From: Alphaproteobacteria bacterium
GTDB taxonomy: Bacteria > Pseudomonadota > Alphaproteobacteria > SP197
NCBI GenBank assembly: GCA_965215635.1
Contig: CBDCEA010000004.1
Coordinates: forward strand, 731,157-795,156
Direction: 5' to 3'
Length of the DNA: 64,000 nt
The notes beneath the pieces are model-generated. The model was given only the letters and a program-made list of their open reading frames with translations. It made no database searches and was not told the origin of the DNA. The position numbers and the translations under genes are program-made. This document shows positions 1-9,106 of this stretch, piece by piece; position 1 is the first letter of the stretch; each line of letters starts with the position of its first letter.

Positions 1-574
1 CGCTGTCGAGGCCCACCACCTCGGCGGCCGCCATGAGGCCGGCCTGGCTGAAATCGTCGGTGTCGATCATGAGGGCTTGGTGAAAGGGTTCGTAGAGACC
101 CTGTTCGCGTGCCGCGAGTGCCGCTCTTGCGGCGCGGACCGAATCCTCTCCAAGAATAGGAAACTCCTTGTAGACCAGCCTGATACCGGGAATACCGTAG
201 CGAACCGTGAAGAGATCAGGCGCGCTCAACCGGCAATAGCCGCACTGGTAGTCGAAGAACTCGACGATCACGATGCCGCTGTCCGGATCGCCTTCCGACG
301 GCGTTTCGGGATCATTGTAGATCTCATCGGTCCGGCTCTCGATGACAAGCCTTGCCTGGTCCGCCTTCCGTTCTTCGCGCTGCTGTTCCCACGCTTCCAG
401 TGCCCTGATCACGATTTCGGGATTGTCGATGAGGTATTCCTCGATGATGACCTCGACATCTTCCCGCGTGACCGCTATCTCGCCTTCCTCGGCAGAGGAC
501 GGGACCGCGGCCGCAGCGCCCATCATCAGGAACGCGATGAGCCACGGGCGGAAGAGGGTAAGAATTCGGCGCAT
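1..574 (-). CDS. DsbA-family thiol:disulfide oxidoreductase (3' end runs off the window edge)
   Basis: It is absent from the ORF track because it is open at the edge. A reverse-strand ATG at 574-572 gives MRRILTLFRPWLIAFLMMGAAAAVPSSAEE (signal-peptide-like), followed by the CxxC motif FFDYQCGYCR and FPILGEDSVRAARAALAA. It is a paralog of the next gene. Confidence 0.7.
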   Translation of the reverse strand, partial: MRRILTLFRPWLIAFLMMGAAAAVPSSAEEGEIAVTREDVEVIIEEYLIDNPEIVIRALEAWEQQREERKADQARLVIESRTDEIYNDPETPSEGDPDSGIVIVEFFDYQCGYCRLSAPDLFTVRYGIPGIRLVYKEFPILGEDSVRAARAALAAREQGLYEPFHQALMIDTDDFSQAGLMAAAEVVGLDS

Positions 575-652
575 GGAGGTCTCGCTTCGGTTTTCAGGGA
601 ATGGAAACATCCGATTGTGGCATGAACGTGGCTGCTTCGCCATCCACGGCGG

Positions 653-1333
653 TCATCGGGAGTGAAGCGTGGAGACAAGTTCGGCAAGACTCGCGGAATC
701 GATGGAGCCGACAAAGAGATGACCGCCGATGATCAAGCTCGGCGTGCCATCGACACCGGCGGACGAGGCAATCTGTCTGTTGTAGGCAAGTGCCTCCGAT
801 ACGGCTTCTGCCTGCGCATCCTCGGTGAGACGCACAGGATCGAGACCGAGATTGGCGCCAAGCTCGCTGAAGCCGGAGTCCGTCAGGGGAACCGTGGAGA
901 ACATCAGCGCACGGTGATACGCCGGCCAGGCGTCCTGGAGGCCGGCCGCAAGCGCATGACGTGCGGCACGCACCGACGCCTCGCCCAGGATTGGAAACTC
1001 GATCACGGCGACCCTCATGTCCGCGTTCGATGCCAGGAAACCATCGATCACCGGTGCCATACGGCGGCAGTGGCCGCAGGAATAGTCGGAGAAAACGATG
1101 ATGACGGTCTCGCCGTCCGGATTGCCGAGATACGTCACCAGTGGTGCGCCGGCGAGCATCGCGGTGACATCGGCAACCCCTGTCTCAGGCAGTGTCACGC
1201 CCTGATGTGTCTCGCCGAAGAGGCCCGCCTCGCGCAGCGCGAAGGCGACGATCAGAACGCCGACAATGAGGAGGAGGTTCTTCCGGGAAGACCGTCCGGG
1301 CCGTTCCCGGGTGAACGCCCTCTCCACGGCCAC
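653..1333 (-). CDS. DsbA-family thiol:disulfide oxidoreductase
   Basis: The 226-aa ORF has an N-terminal hydrophobic anchor (LLLIVGVLIVAFAL), the thioredoxin-fold CxxC motif FSDYSCGHCRRM, and FPILGEASVRAARHALAA. Confidence 0.8.
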   Translation of the reverse strand: MAVERAFTRERPGRSSRKNLLLIVGVLIVAFALREAGLFGETHQGVTLPETGVADVTAMLAGAPLVTYLGNPDGETVIIVFSDYSCGHCRRMAPVIDGFLASNADMRVAVIEFPILGEASVRAARHALAAGLQDAWPAYHRALMFSTVPLTDSGFSELGANLGLDPVRLTEDAQAEAVSEALAYNRQIASSAGVDGTPSLIIGGHLFVGSIDSASLAELVSTLHSR

Positions 1334-1393
1334 GCCGATCTTCTTCCTGCGTTCGTCCTTGTCCAGGGGAGCTTGCCTTTCGCCGGCGGGTCT

Positions 1394-2185
1394 TCAGAAC
1401 TCGAGCAGCCTGGCAAGCTGTTCCACGACCGCAGGCGTGCCGAGCAGGACATCGTGGCCCCTCCCCCGGCCTGTCTCGCGGACCAGGATCGTGCCGCCGG
1501 CCTCCTCGAGAAGGATGCGGGATGCGGCAAAGTCCCACAGCGAAAGATCGGGATCGAACACGGCGTCGAGCGCACCTCGCGCCGCTGCGATATGGGAAAA
1601 CACATCGCCGAAGATGCGCATGTCCGCCACCGCACCGCTGAGACGTTCGAGGAGGTGCTCCACGCCGCTTTCGCGGAACTGGAAGAGCGTGCCCGCAGCG
1701 ACCATTGCATCGGCGAGCCCGGTTGTCGACGACACCCGGATGCGTTGTCCGTCCCGCCAGGCGCCGCCACCCCGCCAGGCCCAGACGGTTTCCCTGAGCC
1801 CGGGAAGCCGGACCGCACCCGCCACCATGCACCCCGATTCGACGTTCTGCAGCGCGACCAGGGTCCCGTAAACGGGAATGTCGCGGGTGAACGCCGTCGT
1901 GCCGTCGATGGGATCGACAATCCAGCGCCACGCGGAATGGCCTTCGTCTTCGCCTTCCTCCTCCCCGAGCACCGTCGCGTTCTCGGGATAGCCGCCCTCG
2001 CGGAGCACGGATCTTACCAACCGCTCGGACATTGTGTCGGCCGTGGTCTGCGGACTGCCGTCGGCCTTGAAAGCCGTCCTGAAGGAACCCGACCGCGCAG
2101 CGTCGAGGAGCATCGCGGACGGTGCCTCGGCGGCCCGCCGCGCGATGGTGCAGGCACGCTCGAAGTTGATGGTCTCCCTGCTCAT
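1394..2185 (-). CDS. inositol monophosphatase family protein (IMPase / histidinol-phosphatase-like)
   Basis: The 263-aa ORF carries the IMPase signature WIVDPIDGTTAF and the C-terminal WDFAASRILLEEAGG motif. Its start overlaps the stop of the upstream acyl-CoA dehydrogenase gene (2182-2185). Confidence 0.85.
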   Translation of the reverse strand: MSRETINFERACTIARRAAEAPSAMLLDAARSGSFRTAFKADGSPQTTADTMSERLVRSVLREGGYPENATVLGEEEGEDEGHSAWRWIVDPIDGTTAFTRDIPVYGTLVALQNVESGCMVAGAVRLPGLRETVWAWRGGGAWRDGQRIRVSSTTGLADAMVAAGTLFQFRESGVEHLLERLSGAVADMRIFGDVFSHIAAARGALDAVFDPDLSLWDFAASRILLEEAGGTILVRETGRGRGHDVLLGTPAVVEQLARLLEF

Positions 2186-3345
2186 GGCTGACGTTCTCCT
2201 GCCTCCCGCAGCATGTGACGCGCGATCACGAGTTTCTGGATCTCGGAGGTCCCTTCGTAGAGCCTGTAGAGTCTCGCGTCACGGTAGAGGCGCGCCACCG
2301 CGCTGTCGTTGATGTAGCCGGCACCGCCGTGAATCTGAACGGCCCGGTCCGCCACGCGCCAGACCATCTCGCTGGCAAGGTACTTGGCCTGGGCTGCGAG
2401 CCGGGTGATCGTGTCGCCCGCCGATGCCTGTCTTGCCGCATCCCGCACGAAGGCCCAGGCGGCATCGTGTTCGGTGCGGCTGTCGGCCAGCATCGCCTGA
2501 ACCAGCTGGAAGTCGCTGATGGGCTTGCCGAACTGCCGACGCGCGAGCGCATGACGCACCGCCTCGGCTATCAGCCTGTCGGCGAGTCCGCAGCATGTCG
2601 CCGCCAGGTGGAGCCGGCCGCGGTCCAGCACCTGCATGGCGGTCCTGAAGCCCCTGCCCTCCACACCGCCGATCAGCGAATCGGCGGGAATGCGGCAGTC
2701 CTCGAAGATGACGTCACACACGTGCCCGCCCTTCTGGCCCATCTTGTTGTAGGGCTCGCCCAGATGGATGCCTTTCGTCGAGGCCTCGACGATGAACGCG
2801 GAAATGCCTCTCCCGCCGCTCTGTTCGGGGTCCGTCCGGGCCATCACCGTGAAGGTATCGGCAACCGGCGCATTCGTGATGAACCGCTTGATGCCGTTGA
2901 GAACATAACCGTCTCCGTCCTTTTCGGCGCGTGTCCTGAGCGAGGCGGCGTCGGATCCCGCCTCGGGCTCGGTGAGCGCGAAGGATGCGATGATCTCGCC
3001 TGTCGCCATGCGCGGCAGGTATTTTTCCTTCTGCTCTTCAGTGCCGTCAATGACGAGGCCCTGGGAGCCGATTGCCACATTCGTTCCGAAGACGGACCGG
3101 AAGGCGGGTGCGGCATGTGTGATTGTCCAGGCAACCTCGACCTCTTCTGCAGGCGTCAGACCCAGACCGCCGTATCTTTCGGGTATCGTGATCCCAAAAA
3201 GCCCCAGATCTTTCATTTCGGCCACGATCGAATCGGGAATGTGATCCTCGGCGTCGACCCGGGCTTCCGCCGGAATCAGGCGTTCATCGACAAAGCGGGC
3301 AAGCGTTTCGAGCAGCTGTTCGAGTGTCTCGCGGTCCAGCGCCAT
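2182..3345 (-). CDS. acyl-CoA dehydrogenase
   Basis: The 387-aa ORF has typical ACAD blocks (ALTEPEAGSDAASL, GIKRFITNA, QIHGGAGY, YEGTSEIQKLVIAR). Confidence 0.9.
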   Translation of the reverse strand: MALDRETLEQLLETLARFVDERLIPAEARVDAEDHIPDSIVAEMKDLGLFGITIPERYGGLGLTPAEEVEVAWTITHAAPAFRSVFGTNVAIGSQGLVIDGTEEQKEKYLPRMATGEIIASFALTEPEAGSDAASLRTRAEKDGDGYVLNGIKRFITNAPVADTFTVMARTDPEQSGGRGISAFIVEASTKGIHLGEPYNKMGQKGGHVCDVIFEDCRIPADSLIGGVEGRGFRTAMQVLDRGRLHLAATCCGLADRLIAEAVRHALARRQFGKPISDFQLVQAMLADSRTEHDAAWAFVRDAARQASAGDTITRLAAQAKYLASEMVWRVADRAVQIHGGAGYINDSAVARLYRDARLYRLYEGTSEIQKLVIARHMLREAGERQP

Positions 3346-3501
3346 GGTTCCCCGTCATCCCGGAATGGAAGGTTCCGGAGAACCTACCCTCTACCGCGGC
3401 GTTCGCCAACGCCAGCAGGGCAGCACTTGACCGGTCAGCCATGTTTCCGGCAAAGACACCCCTCATCGACGGCCAACGTGCCACCGGACGGGAACCGATC
3501 C

Positions 3502-3957
3502 ATGAGCAAGACCTCGCAAGTCCCCGAAGGATTCGTCCGCGTCGAGGCGGACGATCCGTTCGAACGCGTCAACGCGGTCCACTGGTACAACGACACGGGA
3601 GACGGCCGTGTCGAGGTCGGTGTCCTGGCCGGCGCATGCCATGCCAACGAGTACGGCTGGGTCCACGGCGGTGTCATGATGACGATGGCCGACGCGGCGC
3701 TCTGCATGAATTCGCGCTGGCACGATCCCGGGGAAGGCGCCATCACGGTGAGCGCCACCAATAATTTTGTGAAGGGCGCCGAGGTCGGCGAATTCCTCGA
3801 GACCCGCACACGCGTGGTGCGCCGCACGCGGCAGTTCAGCTTCGTCCAGTGCGAAATCGTGGTTGGCGACCGGGTCTGCATGACCTCGAGCGCGGTCATC
3901 AAGCGCCTGCTACCCGACGCGAAAGGCGGATTGACGCCGCCTGCACCCTCCGCTTGA
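3502..3957 (+). CDS. PaaI-family hotdog-fold thioesterase
   Basis: An ATG at 3502, in frame with the tail of the long shadow ORF 2215..3957, gives MSKTSQVPEGF...GWVHGGVMMTMADAALC...FVQCEIV. The HGG-x3-ADxA block is typical of the PaaI family. Confidence 0.75.
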   Translation: MSKTSQVPEGFVRVEADDPFERVNAVHWYNDTGDGRVEVGVLAGACHANEYGWVHGGVMMTMADAALCMNSRWHDPGEGAITVSATNNFVKGAEVGEFLETRTRVVRRTRQFSFVQCEIVVGDRVCMTSSAVIKRLLPDAKGGLTPPAPSA

Positions 3958-4160
3958 TTCCCGGGAGGGGGCCGTATGGAGGTGTCGTGGAGTCGGAACC
4001 GGGCAACGTCCCAAGGTGACCGGTTACAGGCTGGGCAACGCCTTCGACCGCGAGTAAACCAAGACAAGGTTGGCACCTAACAATACCGTTGCGGTGGCGG
4101 AGGATGCGCTGTGAGGCGGAGCAGGACGTTATCAGGGTGTCGGGCCGGGTAGGCGGGGGC

Positions 4161-6171
4161 ATTGCTGCGCCCCGCCCCCCACAGAGCCGAGCGTGCGCGA
4201 TTGACGCACTCGGTTCCTCACCTGACAGGTTCGCTCACGACGGGTGTCGATGAGCGCACGAACTGGACCGACGGCAGGGGGTAGCGCTTGAGGATTGTGT
4301 TCATCCGGTCCCAGTTCAGGCACCGGCGGCGGCTGCGGCGTAAGAGCCACTTCCGCCAGGTGCGAGCGACCTGGTAGCGGAACCACTCCAGACGTTTGCC
4401 GTTGCCCGTCAGACCATAGTAGGCGTTGTGGCCCCGGACCACCCGAACAAGGTAGTCATGCTGCGCCTTGATCGGCAGATGCCGGTGGCTCTTGCACCAG
4501 TCGTGTACCGATTTCAGCGCGCGGGCGAAGCGGCCTTTCGCCGTAATCTGGCGAACGACGTCCTTGCCTCGCAGCGACCGCCCCCAGACGTGGGTGAAGC
4601 CGAGGAAGTCGAACGTCGTGGCCGATGCCATCCGGTGACGCCCGTAGGGGCGCCTCCGGCGGAAGTCCACATAGCGCGTCTTGGTCTCATGGAGCGTGAG
4701 CCCGTATCGACCGAGACGTTTGCCCAGCACGTCAAGCAGACGCTTGCCGCTGTGGCGGTCTTCGAAGGCAACAACAAAGTCATCAGCGAATCTCACCAGC
4801 TGGCAGTTGCCGCGCAAGCGCGGCCTCGCCTCGTCCTCGAACCACTTGTCCAGCACATGGTGCAGGAAGATGTTGGAGAGAATCGGCGAGATCACCCCAC
4901 CCTGGGGTGTGCCAGCGACCGGCCTGTGCACGGTGCCCTCTTCGAGCACCCCCGCTTTCAGCCACTTGTCGATCATGCGCCTTACGACGCCGTCCTTGAT
5001 CCGCAGGTCGAGGAAGGACCGCAGGTGGGTGTGCGAGATCGAGTCGAAGTACGACTTCACATCCGCATCGATCACCCACCGTTGGCGCTGCTCGATGATG
5101 CCCGCCCGAAGGGCCTTGACGGGCATCGTGAGCCGAGCGCCCGGGCCGGAAGCCGTACGAGCACGGTAGAAAGTCCGTCTCGTAGATCGCCTCCAGCAGC
5201 ATCAGGATCGCCCGCTGCGCCACCTTGTCTTCGAACGTCGGGATGCCCAGTGGGCGTTTCGTGCCGTCCGCCTTGGGGATGTAGTGGCGTCGCACCGGCG
5301 GCGCGACGTAGCGGCCCGACTTCATCCGGTCCAGGAGGTCGTTGAGATTGGCCTCAAGGTCCTTCTCGTAGTCGGCCGCCGTCACGCCGTCGATGCCTGT
5401 CGCCCCATCCTTGCGCGTCCGGTGGTACGCTTCGTGCATCCACGCGCCGTCGATCAGATGGTGCAGGGACGTGAACACCCGATCCGGATGCTCCCTCGCC
5501 TGTTCGGCTATCCACTGCTGTTTCGTGTACGTGTTCATGGAACTCAGGGTTTCCTCCAGCGTTTCCCATCAGTGGTTCTGTACAGATGACGCCCCGCTTC
5601 CCTCCAGCGGGTCCCGATGGCCACGGTTCCCCGCCTTCCACAGTACTATCAAGGCGCTACGACTCCCTGCCCCCGCATGGCCTTCGGCTTATTGGTTTCG
5701 CCAGCCGGCTCCACGAGCGCCTGCCGGGGTTCGTGTTCGCCATAGGCGCTCCCGCCGCCGTGCAGGCCCGTCGGCAGGCCAGGTCTTGATTGGTCACGCT
5801 GGCATTCCCTCTTCCAGCGGTCTTGCCCGTGGGCAAGGACAGGATCTCCCAGGTTCCCTGGTCATCCATCCCGTGGCTTTGCGCCGGTCCACGACCCCGG
5901 ACGACCCGTTGCGCCTCGCCACTCGCGGCGCTTCCGATGCTGCCCCCACACGCTTAACAATGAAGGCGTCGTCGCTTTACGATTTCGAGGCTTACCCCAC
6001 CGCTTCATCACCTGCTGTCTACGCTTCACGACGGGCGCTTGCCGCACGCCATGCAAGACTCGCTTCCGGCTGGCGGGCTGCGCCTTTGCCGGGCGGGAGT
6101 CGAACCCGCTGGATCACAACGAGAGGTTTCAGTTCATGTCATCCTCCTCTCCAGGGCTTGCCCTGGCGCAA
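4161..6171 (-). mobile_element. group II intron, copy 1 (about 2.0 kb; ends +/-10 nt)
   Basis: An RT/maturase ORF is preceded by about 630 nt of non-coding 5' RNA and followed, 1 nt after its stop, by a 33-nt domain-V-like hairpin (4184-4216). A near-identical second copy lies at 45617-50340. The ends were set where the two copies stop being identical. Confidence 0.8.
4218..5538 (-). pseudogene. group II intron reverse transcriptase/maturase, frameshifted
   Basis: ORFs 4783..5538 and 4218..5126 together carry RT motifs ([43 protein letters not shown]) and the maturase block RGHNAYYG. Copy 1 reads ttgaCgggc at 5120 where copy 2 reads ttgagggc, a 1-nt insertion that breaks SAHDALKALRAG. There is no En/HNH tail. 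Confidence 0.85.
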
Positions 6172-7185
6172 TAAGCGTTCGTTCCGCAGGTGATGGCTGA
6201 GTTTTTTCCTTTTTGCGCAATTCATTTTCTACTGGCAACCTGGCTCGGCATGCGCTGACACCGTACGCATGTTGATGAAAGAGTGCACTCGATGACGGCG
6301 GCGGGCGCGGTTCTGGTCGCGGACGGCATTGCGGTTGCTTGTCCGTCTGGCGCTCTGGAGGTGTCCGACTGGGCGCGGTTTCACGAGGAAGAGAAGCGCC
6401 GCGCAGATGCCGCGGAGGGGCGTGCCGAACAGCTCGAACGGGAGAAGGTCGAGGCCCACCGCGAGGCGCAGTACTGGAAAGCGCGGTGGGGTCGGACCCC
6501 GAACGCGCTCAAGGCGGTGTGGGCGAAAGCGAAGGACTTGCGCCGTGTGTCGGGGGATGCGTTGCATCTGCGCCCGCAGGTCAACCGTCTTGAGGCACTT
6601 CTTGCCGACATCGGCGTCGACACGCGCGAGCGCAGCACGATCGCGTCCCTGCGGACCGATGCCGGCCCCGGTTGCAGGCCGGGAGCGAAGCGCTGCGCAG
6701 GCAGCTGCAGGAGGTCGAGAGCCAGCGTGACGATCTGCGCTCGCAGGTTGAGACCCTGTCGCGCGCGCAGTTCGGTCGCAAGAGCGAACGGCGCCGCAAG
6801 ACGGGGTCGGACGACAAGAAGAAGACCGGCAAGCGCGGCCACCGGCCCGGCGGCGAGACCCACGGGCGTACGCCGCGCCCCAAACTGGCCCGCAAGAAAG
6901 AGGTTCTCAACCCGCCGCCCGAGGCGTTGCACTGTCCGTGCTGCGACGCGCCCGGGTGGCCAACGGATCGCACACATTGATTGAAGTCGCGGTCAGGGCC
7001 CATGTGCGGGTCATCGACCGGACCCGCTGGCGCTAGACCTGCCAGTGTTCTGACACGCCTGAGGAGGTGTCGGCGCCACCGGTACCGCGCCTGTTTCCGA
7101 GAACCGGGTTCGGTATCAGCGTCTGGACGCGGCTGCTGTTCGAGCTTTTCGTCGCCAACCGTCCCTTGCGGCGGGTCGCGGCGTG
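6172..7185 (+). mobile_element. IS66-family element remnant (left inverted repeat plus degenerate, truncated transposase)
   Basis: The IRL TAAGCGTTCGTTCCGCAGGTGA (6172-6193) matches the IRR at 53519-53541. Transposase fragments in three frames (6292.., 6672..6980, 6981..) are roughly 80-85% similar to ORF 50502..51989. Similarity stops at about 7185. Confidence 0.7.
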
Positions 7186-7500
7186 CGGAACTTCCTGATC
7201 CACGCTCGAATCATCCACGGGCGTCCGGATGTTGCGCCCAGCGTAACCCTCGAGATGCCGGACGACGATTGCCTGATCATGTCCCGGCATACCGGACTGA
7301 TCGAGATGATGGTCGATCTTGGGCAGCCAGTCGGGCAAGGCGCGCTGCTCGCCCGCATCCACGATATTGAGCGCACCGGAGGCGATCCTGTTGACTACCA
7401 TGCACCCCGGGCCGGCATCCTGCCGGGCCGCCGCCATGCGGGCCTGACCCGCCCCGGAGACACCCTTTGCGCCTTGGGCGTCCATGCGTTTGGCAGCTAG
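7186..7500 (+). pseudogene. C-terminal fragment of a succinylglutamate desuccinylase/aspartoacylase-like (AstE/AspA family) protein
   Basis: The ORF 7183..7500 tail (GLIEMMVDLGQPVGQGALLARIHDIERTGGDPVDYHAPRAGIL...PGDTLCAL) resembles the beta-hybrid C-terminus of this family. No N-terminal catalytic part is present. Confidence 0.35.
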
Positions 7501-7504
7501 AGAA

Positions 7505-7700
7505 GATTCGACTTTATCTTGATCGTATCCGGCTGCGGTGAAATAATTTTGGCATTCTTTGGCAGTGAATTCCTCGATGCTTTCTGCGATGACATCCCAA
7601 AGGTCGTCAACGGTTCTTGCCGCGGCCTTTCGGAGCATCGCCTTGAGTTTGTAAGTCCTTTTTTTGCACGAGGCTCGATGAGTTGAAACTTGTTCAGCAC
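7505..7700 (-). pseudogene. IS630-family transposase C-terminal remnant
   Basis: The reverse strand reads ...FQLIEP.. / YKLKAMLRKAAARTVDDLWDVIAESIEEFTAKECQNYFTAAGYD. This is colinear with the C-terminus of the IS630 transposase at 62.9-63.05 kb ([45 protein letters not shown]). The frame breaks in an A7 run. The segment is visibly AT-richer than its flanks. Confidence 0.55.
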
Positions 7701-7731
7701 CGCAGGTGCACATGGGGGGACATGGGGGGAC

Positions 7732-9030
7732 ATGGGCCGTTACGACACATCGATCGCGCGCTATCAGGAGGCACTCAAGGTGCTTGCCGGGGGCGTGTCG
7801 AGCAACTTTCGCTATCACCCCATACCGGTGCCGCTTGCCATCGAGCGGGGCGAGGGCCCCTACCTGTGGGATGCCGACGGCAACCGATACATCGATTATG
7901 TCATCGGCAACGGTCCGGCATTCCTGGGCCACAGCCCGCAGCCTGTTCTCGATGCCGTTCGCGCCTCGCTCGGCGGCGGTCAGGCATTCACCACCGTCCA
8001 CGAGGCCGAAATCGCGCTCGCGCGGCGGATTACGGAAATCATCCCCTGTGCCGAGCTGGTCCGGTTCGACACCTCGGGCACCCAGGTGGACCAGATCGCC
8101 ATGCGTCTTGCGCGCGCCCACACAAGCCGCACGAAGGTGGTGAAGTTCGAGGGCCACTATCACGGCTGGGCGGACAACATCTTCGCCAGCGTGGCGCCGG
8201 AGCTCAACCGGGCCGGGCCTCGCGACCAGCCCGAAGTGCTCGCCCAGAGCACCGGACAACCGGAGAACATCCGCGATAACCTCATCGTTCAGCCCTTCAA
8301 CGATATCGCGGTCCTGGAGGCCACGGTCACGGAGCGCGCCGGGGAGATCGCCGCCATCGTTCTGGAACCCGTGGCCTGCAACTGCGGTGTCATCGAACCG
8401 GCACCGGGATATCTCGAGGCCGTGCGACGTCTGTGCGACGACAACGGAATCGTGCTCATCTACGACGAGGTGATCACCGGTTTCCGCGTGGCACCGGGCG
8501 GTGCCCAGCAACGCTACGGCGTGATTCCCGATCTTGCGGTCTTCGCCAAGGCCATCGCCAGTGGTTTTCCCCTGGCGGCCGTCGCCGGCAGGGCCGGCAT
8601 CATGGAAGGTGTCACGAAGGGCGCCGTCCATGGCGGCACCTATAATGGGATCACCTCAAGCATCGCCGCCGGCCTCGCCACCATGGACATGCTCGCGGCC
8701 GATGGAGGCGCGATCTACGACAAGGTCGAGCGGGACGGCAGGACCCTGATGAATGGCCTCGAGGAGATTGCCTCGAGACGCGGCATTCCACTCCACGTCC
8801 AGGGGCTCGGGGCGATATTCTCGACCGTATTCACGGAGAATCCTCCACTCTGGAACTACCGGGACTACAAGGCGACAGACACCCAGATGCGTGAGAAATT
8901 CGTCCAGGGATTGCAGGACCGCGGCGTGAGGGTGACGCTTCGGGGGACCTGGTTCGTTCCGGCGGTGCTCGGCAATGACGATATCTCCATGACTCTCGAT
9001 GCCGCCGACGGTGCCGTGGCCTGCCTGTAG
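7732..9030 (+). CDS. class-III (PLP) aminotransferase, glutamate-1-semialdehyde aminomutase-like
   Basis: The ATG at 7732 is in frame with ORF 7690..9030. Diagnostic blocks are GGVSSNFR, DGNRYIDYV, FEGHYHGW, DEVITGFR and FAKAIASGFP (PLP lysine). Confidence 0.85.
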   Translation: MGRYDTSIARYQEALKVLAGGVSSNFRYHPIPVPLAIERGEGPYLWDADGNRYIDYVIGNGPAFLGHSPQPVLDAVRASLGGGQAFTTVHEAEIALARRITEIIPCAELVRFDTSGTQVDQIAMRLARAHTSRTKVVKFEGHYHGWADNIFASVAPELNRAGPRDQPEVLAQSTGQPENIRDNLIVQPFNDIAVLEATVTERAGEIAAIVLEPVACNCGVIEPAPGYLEAVRRLCDDNGIVLIYDEVITGFRVAPGGAQQRYGVIPDLAVFAKAIASGFPLAAVAGRAGIMEGVTKGAVHGGTYNGITSSIAAGLATMDMLAADGGAIYDKVERDGRTLMNGLEEIASRRGIPLHVQGLGAIFSTVFTENPPLWNYRDYKATDTQMREKFVQGLQDRGVRVTLRGTWFVPAVLGNDDISMTLDAADGAVACL

Positions 9031-9106
9031 AGGCCGGGAACCCGAACGTTTACAACGGCATGGAATCCCGTAAGACTGGATGGGCTCCCAGGGGTAAAGC
9101 GTCAGT

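Noticed and set aside
662-2191. A 509-aa ORF on the + strand spanning the DsbA and IMPase genes. Similar long ORFs occur at 2215..3500 (5' part), 7033..8631(-), 21360..22430(-), 22324..23511(-), 31090..32199(-) and 52031..53191(-).
   Set aside because: These are Arg/Gly/Pro/Ala-rich, low-complexity translations lying antisense or out of frame to genes with clear family motifs. They are typical shadow ORFs of high-G+C DNA.
3960-4160. A structured-looking, ORF-free 200 bp between the thioesterase stop and the intron 3' end. It might be an sRNA, another intron fragment or an IS end.
   Set aside because: I could not recognise any family signature, repeat partner or terminator by eye. It needs an Rfam/BLAST search before any call.
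4184-4216. The + strand reading of the hairpin (GAGCCGAGCGUGCGCGAUUGACGCACUCGGUUC) looks like a textbook domain V, suggesting the intron might be on the + strand.
   Set aside because: The RT/maturase ORF, the 5' non-coding region and the side of the 2-nt bulge all require the minus strand. The resemblance arises because a hairpin's complement is also a hairpin.
5393-6193. A 266-aa + strand ORF, duplicated at 49562..50362.
   Set aside because: It lies antisense within the structured 5' RNA (domains I-III) of the group II intron. It is repeated only because the intron is repeated, and it has no protein-like features.
7711-7738. A tandem decamer CATGGGGGGA x2 followed by CATGGGCC at the aminotransferase start. 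It could be a phase-variation repeat.
   Set aside because: There are only two full units, and the G6 tracts lie upstream of the in-frame ATG. This is too short to call a contingency locus and is more likely a junction scar next to the IS630 remnant.
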